64,000 nucleotides of DNA, from positions 1,047 to 65,046 of the forward strand of contig JAOZHP010000110.1 in NCBI GenBank assembly GCA_026014815.1, read 5' to 3'. The notes under the pieces are model-generated. The model searched no databases and was not told the origin of the DNA. It saw only the letters and a list, made by a program, of their open reading frames with translations. The translations under genes were made by a program, and so were the position numbers. Source of the DNA: Candidatus Bathyarchaeota archaeon. GTDB lineage: Archaea > Thermoproteota > Bathyarchaeia > TCS64. Below, in pieces: positions 10,052 through 20,288 of this stretch; position 1 is the first letter of the stretch; each line of letters begins with the position of its first letter.

Positions 10052-10792
10052 ATGCGACGAGATCTATCTGATGGCGATGTCCGCAGAATTGTCGAGGACT
10101 CAATCGATATGATCTCAGAGGCTCAGAGTCAATTAAATCTGAGTGTCGCGCCTCATCTTTCCAAGACCAAGAACAGGCTTAAAACTGGAAACTTCAAGGC
10201 GATACGCCTTAACAATAAGAGAAGTAAAAAATATGCAATGGATTTCGGGAGTTTCATTCCTCCAGCCACCATAATCCTCGATAAGCGTCTTCCTTCCTCA
10301 GATCACCCGTTGGATATGCCGGACTATGCGGAAACCTTGACAGCGTACAGCGCGATCCATGAAGTAGTTCACGCCGATGATCACACAGGCGGGGATAAAC
10401 TTCTGTTAGAGACGCGGAAGCACATCATTCGAGTTCATCAGGATAAACTGGAGAAAAGCATGAGCATTATAATGCAGGAGGGAGGTAGCAGCGCCATCAA
10501 GAACTTCGGTGACCTGGCGAGCCTATGGGCAGTCCAGTACGTGGACATGGTCACACATTACAGGAGCTACGTGGTGCTGCGACACAAAAAGTACCCCAAG
10601 CTGGATGAGCTTTGGAGTAGGCTAAGGAACGATTACTTCCCACCCAACCTGTTCACCTGTATCGAGTTAAGCAAAGGCACCGAGTACGTGTTCAGTCTAT
10701 TCAACGACCTGATTGGTGAGTACTGTCTGATAGAGGCCCTTGACGAGTACAAAGAGATCAAGGACAAAGACGCTTGCAGCTACACCGTATAA
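10052..10792 (+). CDS. Hypothetical protein with HEXXH motif
   Basis: AIHEVVH motif; likely start ATG 10052 (ORF track begins at 9932). Confidence 0.6.
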   Translation: MRRDLSDGDVRRIVEDSIDMISEAQSQLNLSVAPHLSKTKNRLKTGNFKAIRLNNKRSKKYAMDFGSFIPPATIILDKRLPSSDHPLDMPDYAETLTAYSAIHEVVHADDHTGGDKLLLETRKHIIRVHQDKLEKSMSIIMQEGGSSAIKNFGDLASLWAVQYVDMVTHYRSYVVLRHKKYPKLDELWSRLRNDYFPPNLFTCIELSKGTEYVFSLFNDLIGEYCLIEALDEYKEIKDKDACSYTV

Positions 10793-10825
10793 ATAAAAAC
10801 AGGAAGCCCCTTCTATCTGTTTAAG

Positions 10826-12583
10826 ATGCTCTTCGATACACTTGTCGAGTATTATGCAAAGCTAGAGGCTACAACCAAGCGCCTTGAGATGACGGATATT
10901 CTCACTGAACTCTTCACCAAGTCAGATGCGGAAGAGATAGACAAGATCATCTATCTGACCCAAGGCAAGATTCACCCTGACTGGAAAGGAGAACCAGAGA
11001 TAGGTATGGCCGAGAAGATGGTCATAGAGACTCTGGTGAAGGTCACAGGACTGAAGAAGGCCAAGGTAACAAGCCTTGTATCTGAGCTAGGAGATATCGG
11101 GCTAGTCGCTGAAGAGACTAAACGGGGAAAGAAGCAGGGAAACCTCTTCGCGAGGCAGCTCTCAGTGACGGACATCTACTATGGGCTCGACGAGATAGCG
11201 AGGAAATCAGGAACAGGAAGCTCCAAGCAGAAAATGGAGGCTCTAGGTGGATTAATCTCTGATTCCTCGCCGCTGGGAGCCAGATATCTTGCGCGGATGG
11301 TTGTAGGAAAACTCAGGCTTGGTATAGGTGATATGACTATTCTCGACGCGTTGTCGCAGGCTCACACAGGCTCCAAGGATGCGAGAGGCGTCCTTGAGAG
11401 AGCGTATAACCAAAGCAGCGACTTAGGGCTAGTCGCCAAAACCCTCGAAGAGGACGGTCTTGAAGGTATCGAGAACTTCCATGTAAGGGTCGGGAGCCCA
11501 ATCAGAGTCATGGCTGCTCAACGCCTCAGCACTTCTGAAGAGATAATCGAGAAGCTGGAGGGGCACTGTAGCGCCGAGTACAAGCTGGACGGTGAACGTT
11601 TCCAGATACACAAGGACGGGGAGACTGTTAACATCTTCAGCAGGCGCCTCGAAAACATCACCCACATGTACCCTGACGCAGTAAAATTCACACAGGAACA
11701 CGTGAAGGTGAAGGACGCCATCATCGAGGGTGAGGCAGTTGCATATGATCCGGATACCGGCAAGGACCTACCTTTCCAGACCTTGATGCAGAGGCGCCGC
11801 AAATACAAGATCGAGGAGATGATGAAGAAGATACCCGTCAGAGTGTACCTCTTTGACTGCCTCTACGCTGACGGAGAGGACTTGACTCTTACAGCGTACC
11901 CAAAGAGGATCGCGGCTCTGGAGAAAATCACCGACCAGAAAGACTATTTCAAGCTGGTTGAACGATTTGAGACCTCGGACCCCGAGGAGCTGGACAGGTT
12001 CTTCCAACAGAGCATCGAAGATGGTACAGAGGGACTCGTGGTTAAGTCAACGGGAGAGGAATCAATATACCGTGCTGGCGCCCGTTCATGGCTCTGGGTA
12101 AAGCTCAAACGAAGCTACCAGAGCAAGATGGAAGACCATGTTGACCTTGTCATAGTGGGTGCCTTCCATGGAAGAGGGCGACGCGCAGGAACATATGGCG
12201 CCCTTCTAGTAGCAGCATACGACCCTAAGAAAGACATCTACAGGAGCGTCTGCAAGGTTGGTACCGGGCTCACTGACGAGAACCTTGAACAGATTCCAAA
12301 GACCTTGGAGCCGTATAGACTCGACCATAGACATGCCCGCGTAGACTCATTGATGGAGGCAGAGATATGGTTTGAACCCGTCGTCGTGATGGAGGTGTTA
12401 GGAGACGAGTTGACTCTTAGCCCTAACCATACAGCTGCGTTCAACGAGATTAGGGAGGGCTCAGGGCTAGCAATCAGGTTCCCTCGGTTCACGCGGTGGC
12501 GTGACGATAAGTCCGCCGAGGAGACAACCACGGTTCAAGAGCTATTGGATATGTACAGTGCCCAGTTGAAGACGCTGGGTTAA
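10826..12583 (+). CDS. lig: ATP-dependent DNA ligase
   Basis: EYKLDGER, EGLVVK, WVKLK and IRFPRF motifs. Confidence 0.97.
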   Translation: MLFDTLVEYYAKLEATTKRLEMTDILTELFTKSDAEEIDKIIYLTQGKIHPDWKGEPEIGMAEKMVIETLVKVTGLKKAKVTSLVSELGDIGLVAEETKRGKKQGNLFARQLSVTDIYYGLDEIARKSGTGSSKQKMEALGGLISDSSPLGARYLARMVVGKLRLGIGDMTILDALSQAHTGSKDARGVLERAYNQSSDLGLVAKTLEEDGLEGIENFHVRVGSPIRVMAAQRLSTSEEIIEKLEGHCSAEYKLDGERFQIHKDGETVNIFSRRLENITHMYPDAVKFTQEHVKVKDAIIEGEAVAYDPDTGKDLPFQTLMQRRRKYKIEEMMKKIPVRVYLFDCLYADGEDLTLTAYPKRIAALEKITDQKDYFKLVERFETSDPEELDRFFQQSIEDGTEGLVVKSTGEESIYRAGARSWLWVKLKRSYQSKMEDHVDLVIVGAFHGRGRRAGTYGALLVAAYDPKKDIYRSVCKVGTGLTDENLEQIPKTLEPYRLDHRHARVDSLMEAEIWFEPVVVMEVLGDELTLSPNHTAAFNEIREGSGLAIRFPRFTRWRDDKSAEETTTVQELLDMYSAQLKTLG

Positions 12584-12639
12584 CCAATTTTTCTTTGGAT
12601 AACAATATAGACTACCAATTACTTGTTTTCTGGACTGTA

Positions 12640-13797
12640 ATGTACGAGGACTTGCTAAGCAAACTGGATGACACATATACGTTACGGAAGCTTGAGGAGA
12701 TGATCAAGATTCCAAGCGTCGTAAAGGAAGAGAAAGAGCTGGCTCACTATTTGCAGGGTGAGTTAGAGAGCCTAGGAATGGAGACGGAGCTCCACATGGT
12801 AGAGCCGGGGAGACCAAACATCTATGGAAAGCTCAAGGGCAAAGGGGAAGGAAAACGAATCAACTTTGGTGGTCATATGGACACGGTTCCAGTTGTACCT
12901 TACTGGGATACTGATCCCTTCAAACCTGTTGTAAAGGATGGTAAAATCTACGGTTTGGGCTCTAACGATATGAAAGGGGGTCTCGCGTGTGTCCTCAACA
13001 TGATTCGAGCAGTCGCGGAGTCGGGTTACGAGTTCAACGGAGAACTCAGTTTCAGCGGCGTCATCGATGAGGAGGCTTTCGGCGAGGGCGCTAAGGCTAT
13101 GCTCAAGACAGAATACGGGAAAGTGGACGCTGTGGTCCTTGCGGAGCCGCATCTTGCGAACGAGCAGGAGCCAACAGCCCTCGGTATCACTGGGAAAGTT
13201 CTTTACGATATTTACGTGAAAGGCAAGGCAGCCCACGGGTTCAGTCCGGAGAAAGGTATAAACGCAGTGGAGCAGGCGGGAATCATTCTCGCTAACCTTC
13301 ACAAGCTTAGGATACCTGAGCATCCATTGTTCAAGGGTAACTACTCGACCCTGAAGATTGAAGGCGGGTATAAGGTCTACAGTGTCGTGGTTCCGGCTGA
13401 ATGTAGGTTTGAGGTGAACAGGCTTACTGTACCCGGAGAGACGATGGACTCAGTCATCAAGGACATGGAAGACCTTGTTAAGACGCTTAATCTTGACGCA
13501 GAGGTCGAGGTGAAGACTAAACCACCTTACTATTCGTCATATGTACTCGACAAGAATGAGCCGCTGATACAGGTCTTCGACTGGGCATATAGAGAAACAA
13601 CTGGAAAGAAGCCACACTATGGTTACAACAGCAGCATCACAGACGCCAACACGTTAACAGGAGAAGGTGGAATCCCATGTGTACATTTTGGCCCATACCC
13701 AGGAGGTTCTCATCAGAAGAACGAGTACACTACACTGGACTCGCTGCCTCCCGCCTCGAAAGTCTATGCTTTGATGGCTGCCAAGTTCTTATCCTAA
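12640..13797 (+). CDS. M20/ArgE-DapE family metallopeptidase/deacylase
   Basis: GHMDTV, GSNDMKGG, DEE, AEP and C-terminal H ligands. Confidence 0.9.
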   Translation: MYEDLLSKLDDTYTLRKLEEMIKIPSVVKEEKELAHYLQGELESLGMETELHMVEPGRPNIYGKLKGKGEGKRINFGGHMDTVPVVPYWDTDPFKPVVKDGKIYGLGSNDMKGGLACVLNMIRAVAESGYEFNGELSFSGVIDEEAFGEGAKAMLKTEYGKVDAVVLAEPHLANEQEPTALGITGKVLYDIYVKGKAAHGFSPEKGINAVEQAGIILANLHKLRIPEHPLFKGNYSTLKIEGGYKVYSVVVPAECRFEVNRLTVPGETMDSVIKDMEDLVKTLNLDAEVEVKTKPPYYSSYVLDKNEPLIQVFDWAYRETTGKKPHYGYNSSITDANTLTGEGGIPCVHFGPYPGGSHQKNEYTTLDSLPPASKVYALMAAKFLS

Positions 13798-13836
13798 GTT
13801 TTCTATATCTCTCAATATTCTTTCTAACTGAAACCT

Positions 13837-15000
13837 ATGATGGATGATATTCTGAAGCGGCTGGATGACGCTTACACGGTGAAGCTCAGCGAGGAGATGA
13901 TCGCCATCCCCTCAGTAACAGGAAATGAGGAGGAGCTCAGCCTCTACATTAAGGATAAACTGGAGAGCTACGGCATGAAGACAGAACTCCAGTATATCGC
14001 GGAGGGCAGACCCAACATCTATGGCATATTAGACTGGGGGAAGCCGGGTAAACGCCTAAACTACAACGCCCACACTGACACAGTTCCAGCTGGTGACGAC
14101 TGGGAGACAGACCCATTCAAAGCAGTCATCAAAGAGGGAAAACTCTACGGTCGAGGTGCCTGCGATATGAAGACAGGTATCGCGTGTACACTGAACATGT
14201 TAAAGGCAATCATGGACAGCGGTGTTGAGCTGGCTGGTGAGCTGAGTTTTAGTGGAGTAGTGGACCAAGAGGCCACCGATATCGGCGCATGGGCGATGAT
14301 GAAAGAAGAAAAATGGAGAAGCCTAGACGGCGTCGTCCTCACTTATAGTTACTGTGGCGACGAGACCAAACCCATCCCCCTCGGCCTCACAGGCAAGGTA
14401 CTATACAATGTGAACGTCAAAGGCAAGGCTGCCCACGGTTTCAGGCCTCATCTAGGAGTCAACGCAGTTGAGGACGCGGCCAAGATAATCGCCAACCTAG
14501 ACAAACTGCGTCTGATGGAGCACCCGGACTTCGGATCAGGCACCGTATGCACGTTGAAGACAGAGGGCGGGTATAAAAAGTACAGCGTCGTTGTCCCAGA
14601 GAGCGCCCGCTTTGAGGTGAATAGGTTAATCGTACCCGGTGAGAGCATCCAGTACGCTGTGGATGACATGGAGAGGCTGGTGAAAGAGCTGAGTCTCAAA
14701 TCCGAGGTGGATGTGGGAATCAAGCCACCCAAATATGAGCCGTACACAGCGTCAAAGGAAGACCCCCTCATGAGGATACTTGACGAGGTGTACAAGGAGG
14801 TCATGGGGAAGGAGCCCCTGTACGAGCACGCGTACGGCATCACCAACGCCAATATCTTCCAAGGAGAGCAAGGCATCGAGTGCATCCACATCGGCCCCCA
14901 GCGCGGGGGGGCGCATCAACCCAACGAGCATGTGAAGTTGGAGTGGCTTCCCCCCGTCTCTGAGATGTACGCTAGAATAGCTCTCGGGTACCTCTCCTGA
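13837..15000 (+). CDS. M20/ArgE-DapE family protein, tandem paralog with altered active site
   Basis: AHTDTV and GACDMK motifs; DQE instead of DEE; colinear with the upstream paralog. Confidence 0.85.
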   Translation: MMDDILKRLDDAYTVKLSEEMIAIPSVTGNEEELSLYIKDKLESYGMKTELQYIAEGRPNIYGILDWGKPGKRLNYNAHTDTVPAGDDWETDPFKAVIKEGKLYGRGACDMKTGIACTLNMLKAIMDSGVELAGELSFSGVVDQEATDIGAWAMMKEEKWRSLDGVVLTYSYCGDETKPIPLGLTGKVLYNVNVKGKAAHGFRPHLGVNAVEDAAKIIANLDKLRLMEHPDFGSGTVCTLKTEGGYKKYSVVVPESARFEVNRLIVPGESIQYAVDDMERLVKELSLKSEVDVGIKPPKYEPYTASKEDPLMRILDEVYKEVMGKEPLYEHAYGITNANIFQGEQGIECIHIGPQRGGAHQPNEHVKLEWLPPVSEMYARIALGYLS

Positions 15001-15091
15001 TTTTTCTTTAAACCCCCGCCTTCTGTTTGTCGTATTCGTCGAGGAATGACTAGGCTTAAAAATGATCACATTTGAGTGAAAAGAGAACAAG

Positions 15092-15424
15092 ATGAGCACA
15101 GAAGTTAGCTATAGGGACTTTAAGAAACTGGATATTCACATAGGCACCATCGCCGAGATAGAGAAGGTGAAAGGCTCAGACAAGCTCTACAAGATTCAGG
15201 TAGACATGGGTGATCATACAAGGCAGATACTCAGCAGCCTCGTAGATTACTACACCGAGGAGCAGATGCAAGGCAAAGTAATAGCTATAGTTTGCAACAT
15301 GAAGCCAGCCAAGATGTTCGGACACGTGAGCAACGGAATGCTACTAGCTGCGGAAACCAACGAAGGCGACCTTGCATTACTGACAACAGACCAAAGCATA
15401 GCTAACGGCGCTAAAATCACGTGA
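15092..15424 (+). CDS. tRNA-binding OB-fold protein (Trbp111/MetRS C-terminal-like)
   Basis: KLY..QVDMG, N.KPAKM.G..SNGMLL. Confidence 0.85.
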   Translation: MSTEVSYRDFKKLDIHIGTIAEIEKVKGSDKLYKIQVDMGDHTRQILSSLVDYYTEEQMQGKVIAIVCNMKPAKMFGHVSNGMLLAAETNEGDLALLTTDQSIANGAKIT

Positions 15425-15472
15425 TTTCCACATAGATTTTTATCGCGCCATTCTCACGCTGAACTGATTCAT

Positions 15473-15805
15473 TTGAGTTCAAAGTTACTTGTCATAATCG
15501 CAACTGGAGATAAAGCCAAGGCGCTAACGGGCCTCATGTACGCTAAGAACGCTATCGTACGTGAGTGGATGGAAGACGTTAAGGTGGTCTACTTTGGTCC
15601 ATCTGAGCAGCTCATGTACAGTGACGCTGACGTAGCGAACGCGGCGATCGAGATCGCGGGAATGAGCGAGACGTTCGCGTGTAAAGCTATCAGCGACCGT
15701 GAGGGGATAAGCGAGAAGATCGACGAGATGGGAGTCAAGGTCGAGTACGTGGGCACCATCATCAGCGACTACATAAAACAAGGCTACGTCCCCATGGTGT
15801 GGTAA
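15473..15805 (+). CDS. DsrE/DsrF-like protein
   Basis: YFGPSE, ACK and GTIISD.IK.GY pattern. Confidence 0.75.
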   Translation: MSSKLLVIIATGDKAKALTGLMYAKNAIVREWMEDVKVVYFGPSEQLMYSDADVANAAIEIAGMSETFACKAISDREGISEKIDEMGVKVEYVGTIISDYIKQGYVPMVW

Positions 15806-16468
15806 ATGATCCTCGGGATAAGCGCAAGCGGCAGACCAGCAAAACGGGACGAGAACGGACGCCTTCTCTGCGGGGTAACAGAGGAGATGGTCAAGTACAT
15901 ATTAGAGAAAACAGGTGAGCCCTATGAGTACATGAGCCTCGGCGGCAAGACTATCAAGGGATGCCAGGCATGCCTCAAATGCGCAGGTACCAACACCTGC
16001 GTCGTCAAGGATGACTGGGCAGAGATCAGGGACAAAATGTTCGAGGCCGACGCCATTGTCTTCGGGGCTCCCAACTATTACGGCAGCATCAACGCTTTGG
16101 GTCACGCTTTCCTCGAACGTACATTCAGTCTACGTCACAGGTCCCAGTTCAAGCTCGCAGGTAAACTCAACGCCATCATAGCTATAGGCGGCGGCTCACC
16201 GAACCCGGCCGAGGAGTATACGAGAAAAATATTCCGAAGCAACTACATGACTGAGCCTGTCGGCGTTCTCAAAACCACGGGTCTTGGCCAGTGTTACCAG
16301 TGTGGCTACGGCGAGAATTGCGCGTCAGGCGCCGTCGTTCCACGACACGGATTCCTGGACGAGATCAAGGACTATCATCTGCCTCACGTCGAGGCTGACG
16401 CTTATAGGCGTGCGGATATTCTCGCTAACCGTCTCGGAGAGATAATTAGGGCCAACAAGAAAGCCTAA
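15806..16468 (+). CDS. Iron-sulfur flavoprotein / flavodoxin family
   Basis: CQACLKC-x5-C, GAPNYYG. Confidence 0.85.
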   Translation: MILGISASGRPAKRDENGRLLCGVTEEMVKYILEKTGEPYEYMSLGGKTIKGCQACLKCAGTNTCVVKDDWAEIRDKMFEADAIVFGAPNYYGSINALGHAFLERTFSLRHRSQFKLAGKLNAIIAIGGGSPNPAEEYTRKIFRSNYMTEPVGVLKTTGLGQCYQCGYGENCASGAVVPRHGFLDEIKDYHLPHVEADAYRRADILANRLGEIIRANKKA

Positions 16469-18483
16469 GTTTTCCTTATTTTTACCGCGCATACCTTATA
16501 CTCAGGAATCTTGGCTTTCGGGTCAAGCGCGTTGTTGGTCAGTTTGTTAGCTGCTGCCTCGGCGTAGTGGAACGGTATGAACACTGTCCCTGGTTTTATA
16601 CGGTCCGTCACCTGAGCTTTTAACTCGATCTCCCCGCGCCTGCTGGCAACATTAACCGTCTCTTGGTCAACTATTCCCAGCGTCTCTGCGTCAACTGGGT
16701 TTATCTCCATGAACGCTTGATTCACTTGATCCGTCAAAGTCTGTGACCGCCGCGTCATGGTGCCTGTGTGCCAGTGGAAAAGAAGTCTGCCAGTTGTCAA
16801 GATGTAGGGGTACTCCTCGTCGGGGACCTCTGCTGGTGCCCGGTACTCGATTGCGTGGAACCTGCCTTTGCCTCTACTGAATCTTTCCTGATGCAGGATA
16901 TGTGTCCCGGGGTCACCGCTGTCTCTGCATGGCCATCGTAGGTCTTCTGATTCAAGTCGCTTATGGCTTATGCCACCGTAGAGGGGAGCCATCTTGGCAA
17001 GCTCATCCATGATCTCTGAGGGCTCACTGAACCGTCTCTCGTATCCTAGACGCTCGCCGAGTTCCTGAATGATCCACCAGTCAGGCATTGAGCCACCAAG
17101 AGGCTCTATGGCTTTCCTTACACGCTGCACTCGCCTATCCGTCGCGGTGAACGTTCCTTCCTTCTCGGCGAAGCTGCAAGCGGGCAGCACGACATCGGCG
17201 AGCATGGCTGTCTCGCTCATGAAGATATCGATGACTACGAGAAAATCCAGTTTCTTCAGCTGCTCCTCGACGTGGTTCAGGTCAGGGTCGCTTATCATTG
17301 GGTTCTCCCCCATCACGAATATGCCCTTGATGTCGTCTCCGCATGTGTTCATCATCTCTGTGAGTGTCAATCCCTTATTCAGCGGAGGTTCTACGCCCCA
17401 GATCTCCTTGACCTGAGCTCTGACCTCGGGGCTGGTGGTGCTCTGGTAACCGGGAAGATAGTTGGGTAGCGCAGCGACGTCGCACGCCCCCTGCACGTTA
17501 TTCTGCCCTCGGAGGGGGTTAACCCCGGTCCCGGGTTTCCCCACGTTACCTGTGAGCATCGCAAGGTTAGCCGTGCTCATGACGTTGTCCACACCAGTGG
17601 TGTGCTGAGTTATTCCCATGCTGAAGAAGAGGGAAGCCTTGTCAGCGGATCCATAGAGGCGTGCGGCTTCCCTGATCTTCTCCGCGGGAACACCTGTGAT
17701 CTCCTCTACCTTCTCAGGAGCATACTGCATGACTGCTTCCTTGAACTCGCTGAAGCCTTCCGTTCGTTCATCAATGAACTTCTGGTCGTGAAGGTTCTCG
17801 GTGAGGATTACATACATCATGGCGTTGAGTAGAGCCACATCTGAGCCGGGGTGTTGCTGCAAATAGATATCAGCGTACTCACTGAGATCGATCTCCCGTG
17901 GATCAGCGATTATCATCTTAGCGCCCCTCTTGACGGCGTTGATCATTCGCCTAGCTATGAGGGGATGCTGCTCACTGGTATTGCTCCCCGTGATGAAGAT
18001 AACGTCACTCTCCTCCACGTCTTCCTGACTGTTTGTCATTGCACCGCTACCGAACGCCGCAACGAGACCTGTTACAGTGCTGGCGTGGCATAGCCGAGCA
18101 CAGTGATCCACGTTATTTGTTCCTATAACAGCCCGTGCCAGCTTTTGCATCATATAATTATCCTCGTTGGTAGCCTTGGCTGAGCTAAAGAAGCCAAGAG
18201 AGTCAGGTCCATTTTTGGCTTTAATCTCGTTGAGTCTAAACGCGATCAGATCGAGGGCTTCCTCCCATGTGGCTTCTCTGAATGTGTCGTTTTCCTTGAT
18301 GAGAGGCATCTTCAACCGGTCTGGGTGGTGTATGAACTCGTGTGCGCTCCAGCCTTTGATGCAGAGTTTGCCTTCACCGGGTCCTCTTTTTCCGGGGGTG
18401 ACCGCTATAACAATTCCATTCCTGATATGGAGGTCAAGGTGGCATCCAACGCCGCAGTAGATGCATGTTGTGGTGACAATCAT
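16465..18483 (-). CDS. fdhA: Formate dehydrogenase alpha subunit (Mo/W-bisPGD, Cys ligand)
   Basis: CxxCxxxC...C Fe-S motif, CARLCH, LRGQNNVQG, PEYK.C. Confidence 0.93.
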   Translation of the reverse strand: MIVTTTCIYCGVGCHLDLHIRNGIVIAVTPGKRGPGEGKLCIKGWSAHEFIHHPDRLKMPLIKENDTFREATWEEALDLIAFRLNEIKAKNGPDSLGFFSSAKATNEDNYMMQKLARAVIGTNNVDHCARLCHASTVTGLVAAFGSGAMTNSQEDVEESDVIFITGSNTSEQHPLIARRMINAVKRGAKMIIADPREIDLSEYADIYLQQHPGSDVALLNAMMYVILTENLHDQKFIDERTEGFSEFKEAVMQYAPEKVEEITGVPAEKIREAARLYGSADKASLFFSMGITQHTTGVDNVMSTANLAMLTGNVGKPGTGVNPLRGQNNVQGACDVAALPNYLPGYQSTTSPEVRAQVKEIWGVEPPLNKGLTLTEMMNTCGDDIKGIFVMGENPMISDPDLNHVEEQLKKLDFLVVIDIFMSETAMLADVVLPACSFAEKEGTFTATDRRVQRVRKAIEPLGGSMPDWWIIQELGERLGYERRFSEPSEIMDELAKMAPLYGGISHKRLESEDLRWPCRDSGDPGTHILHQERFSRGKGRFHAIEYRAPAEVPDEEYPYILTTGRLLFHWHTGTMTRRSQTLTDQVNQAFMEINPVDAETLGIVDQETVNVASRRGEIELKAQVTDRIKPGTVFIPFHYAEAAANKLTNNALDPKAKIPEYKVCAVKIRKT

Positions 18484-19370
18484 GCCAGTATGCCTCCTAT
18501 CTTGGCTTCAAAACCAGAGTCTTTCACCCGGTGGCTTCCGTATCCAACCTCTTCGAGGCTGTACCCCATGGCGAGGGCTAGATACTGAACGTAAAACAGC
18601 GCTGGCAGCTTAAAGTCTAGTTTCAGGGCGCGTCCCGCCATCATCTGCCCCGTGTCAAGCTGGGCGAGGCATTGGGGACAGATGACGTTGACGCTGTCTG
18701 CCCCAGCATCATACATTCCACGGAGCTTATCTCCGAGGAGTCTGTTGGCTGAGGCTCGGTCACCGAAATTGCTGAGAGTCCAGCCACAGCACTGAGTCTT
18801 GTAACTGTAGTCAAGGGGCTCCGCGCCGAGAGCCTTGATCATTCCGTCGAGGCGGACTGGGTTCAGTGGGTCATCGAACTCCATAACCTCGGGTGGACTC
18901 AATATGTGACACCCCGTGTGGCTGGCCACCTTGAGGCCCTTGAGCGGTTTCTCCACTTTTCCTCGAATTATTTCGAGGCCAATATCTTCACTGAGCACCT
19001 TGGCGAAGTGCCTAACCTTGATGGTTCCCTTGAACTGGTGATCTGTCTCAGCTAACACCTCGTTTACTTTGTCTCTGAGCTCTGTGTCCTGTTTCAGCTG
19101 CAGGTTGACCTGCTTCAACGTGTAGGTGCAGCCGTTGCAGAGTGTGATTATGTCATTGTCTTTCTCCTCGGCTATGGCGAGGTTTCGCGCCGAGATCACC
19201 GTGCCTGTGAACTTGTGGGGTAGGCTGACTCCCATGGGCTCGGGGCAACATGTGAAGCCGGTCACTGTATCAAGTTCAACTCCGAGTTCAGGGAGGATTT
19301 TATGTGCCAGTTTCTCGATGTGGGGCTGCCTGATGGGTATGAAGCAGCCCTTGAAGAAGCTATACCTCAA
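18480..19370 (-). CDS. hdrB: Heterodisulfide reductase subunit B-like (CCG domains)
   Basis: GC, TCCP, CNGC, HTGCH, CCG and CPQC motifs. Confidence 0.88.
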   Translation of the reverse strand: MRYSFFKGCFIPIRQPHIEKLAHKILPELGVELDTVTGFTCCPEPMGVSLPHKFTGTVISARNLAIAEEKDNDIITLCNGCTYTLKQVNLQLKQDTELRDKVNEVLAETDHQFKGTIKVRHFAKVLSEDIGLEIIRGKVEKPLKGLKVASHTGCHILSPPEVMEFDDPLNPVRLDGMIKALGAEPLDYSYKTQCCGWTLSNFGDRASANRLLGDKLRGMYDAGADSVNVICPQCLAQLDTGQMMAGRALKLDFKLPALFYVQYLALAMGYSLEEVGYGSHRVKDSGFEAKIGGILA

Positions 19371-19864
19371 TCTTGGGCCTCCTTCAGTGAATTGAGTAAT
19401 TCGAGAAGCCCAGTCTTCTCGGCGATGATACCTAGTTCATGGTTTAATTTAACGGGCTCAAGGCCGAGGCGTTCACGTTGCCGCGTCGTGTTGGGGGTTA
19501 TTGGGAAAGCGTAACCTGTGGTTATGACTTGCATAAGTTCGCCTATGATTGATTGGGGTGCATGTCCTCCTTGAAGAGCCTGCTCCTTCATGGCCTCGAT
19601 GAAGTCGACGGGGCTCACCTCGTATGGACACATCTCCTCACATTTATGGCAGCTCACGCACTGCCATATGTTCTTGTTACCGGAAGGCTCTTCGTGGCCC
19701 AAGCAGTCGTACACATAGGTCTGTGTTGGTTTGAACTGGGCGTCGTACTGGGCGGGGCAGCTGTAGCCCTCTATGACGCAGCAGACCCCGCACTTTAGGC
19801 ATATCTCGGCTGCTTCCTTGATTCCGTGGGGCGTCTTGACTGAGTAAGGTATGTTTAGGACCAC
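19367..19864 (-). CDS. hdrC: Heterodisulfide reductase subunit C-like 4Fe-4S protein
   Basis: CLKCGVC and WQCVSCHKCEEMCP motifs; RERLGL tail; overlaps hdrB start. Confidence 0.75.
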   Translation of the reverse strand: MVLNIPYSVKTPHGIKEAAEICLKCGVCCVIEGYSCPAQYDAQFKPTQTYVYDCLGHEEPSGNKNIWQCVSCHKCEEMCPYEVSPVDFIEAMKEQALQGGHAPQSIIGELMQVITTGYAFPITPNTTRQRERLGLEPVKLNHELGIIAEKTGLLELLNSLKEAQD

Positions 19865-19921
19865 TTTGATCTAGAAGAATTGGATTAATGGGCTAATAAC
19901 AGTTTATTGAAGGAAAAATTG

Positions 19922-20206
19922 TTACTCTTTCTTCTTGAGGTACCAGGTCTCTCCCTTGGGGCTGGTGGTTATCTCGAAGCTGGGGTTATAGTGAAGCATC
20001 TCCTTCACGAACTCTCTCATGGTGGCCTTGGTGCCGTCGCTCCTGATGATTACCTCGTCCAGGTCGATGGTGACACGTTTACCCTTTTTATTATCAATAT
20101 CCATAACGATCAAAAGATACTTGCCTAAATCAACCTTTATTTCTTTTGAAAAAACACCGCCCCTGACTTCATACTCCATAAAAGAAAACTGTTTCTCACT
20201 GTTCAT
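19922..20206 (-). CDS. Hypothetical protein
   Basis: 94-aa ORF filling intergenic space, co-oriented with neighbours. Confidence 0.55.
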   Translation of the reverse strand: MNSEKQFSFMEYEVRGGVFSKEIKVDLGKYLLIVMDIDNKKGKRVTIDLDEVIIRSDGTKATMREFVKEMLHYNPSFEITTSPKGETWYLKKKE

Positions 20207-20288
20207 GCGAGATATTCATTTGAGTTAGTCATATTGTTTTCAAGTAGTGATTGATGTCACTACAGGTGGCGCATGTGTTTATTCTCAG

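Noticed and set aside
16465-18483. Selenocysteine-containing formate dehydrogenase
   Set aside because: The active site reads CARLCH with Cys; no in-frame TGA
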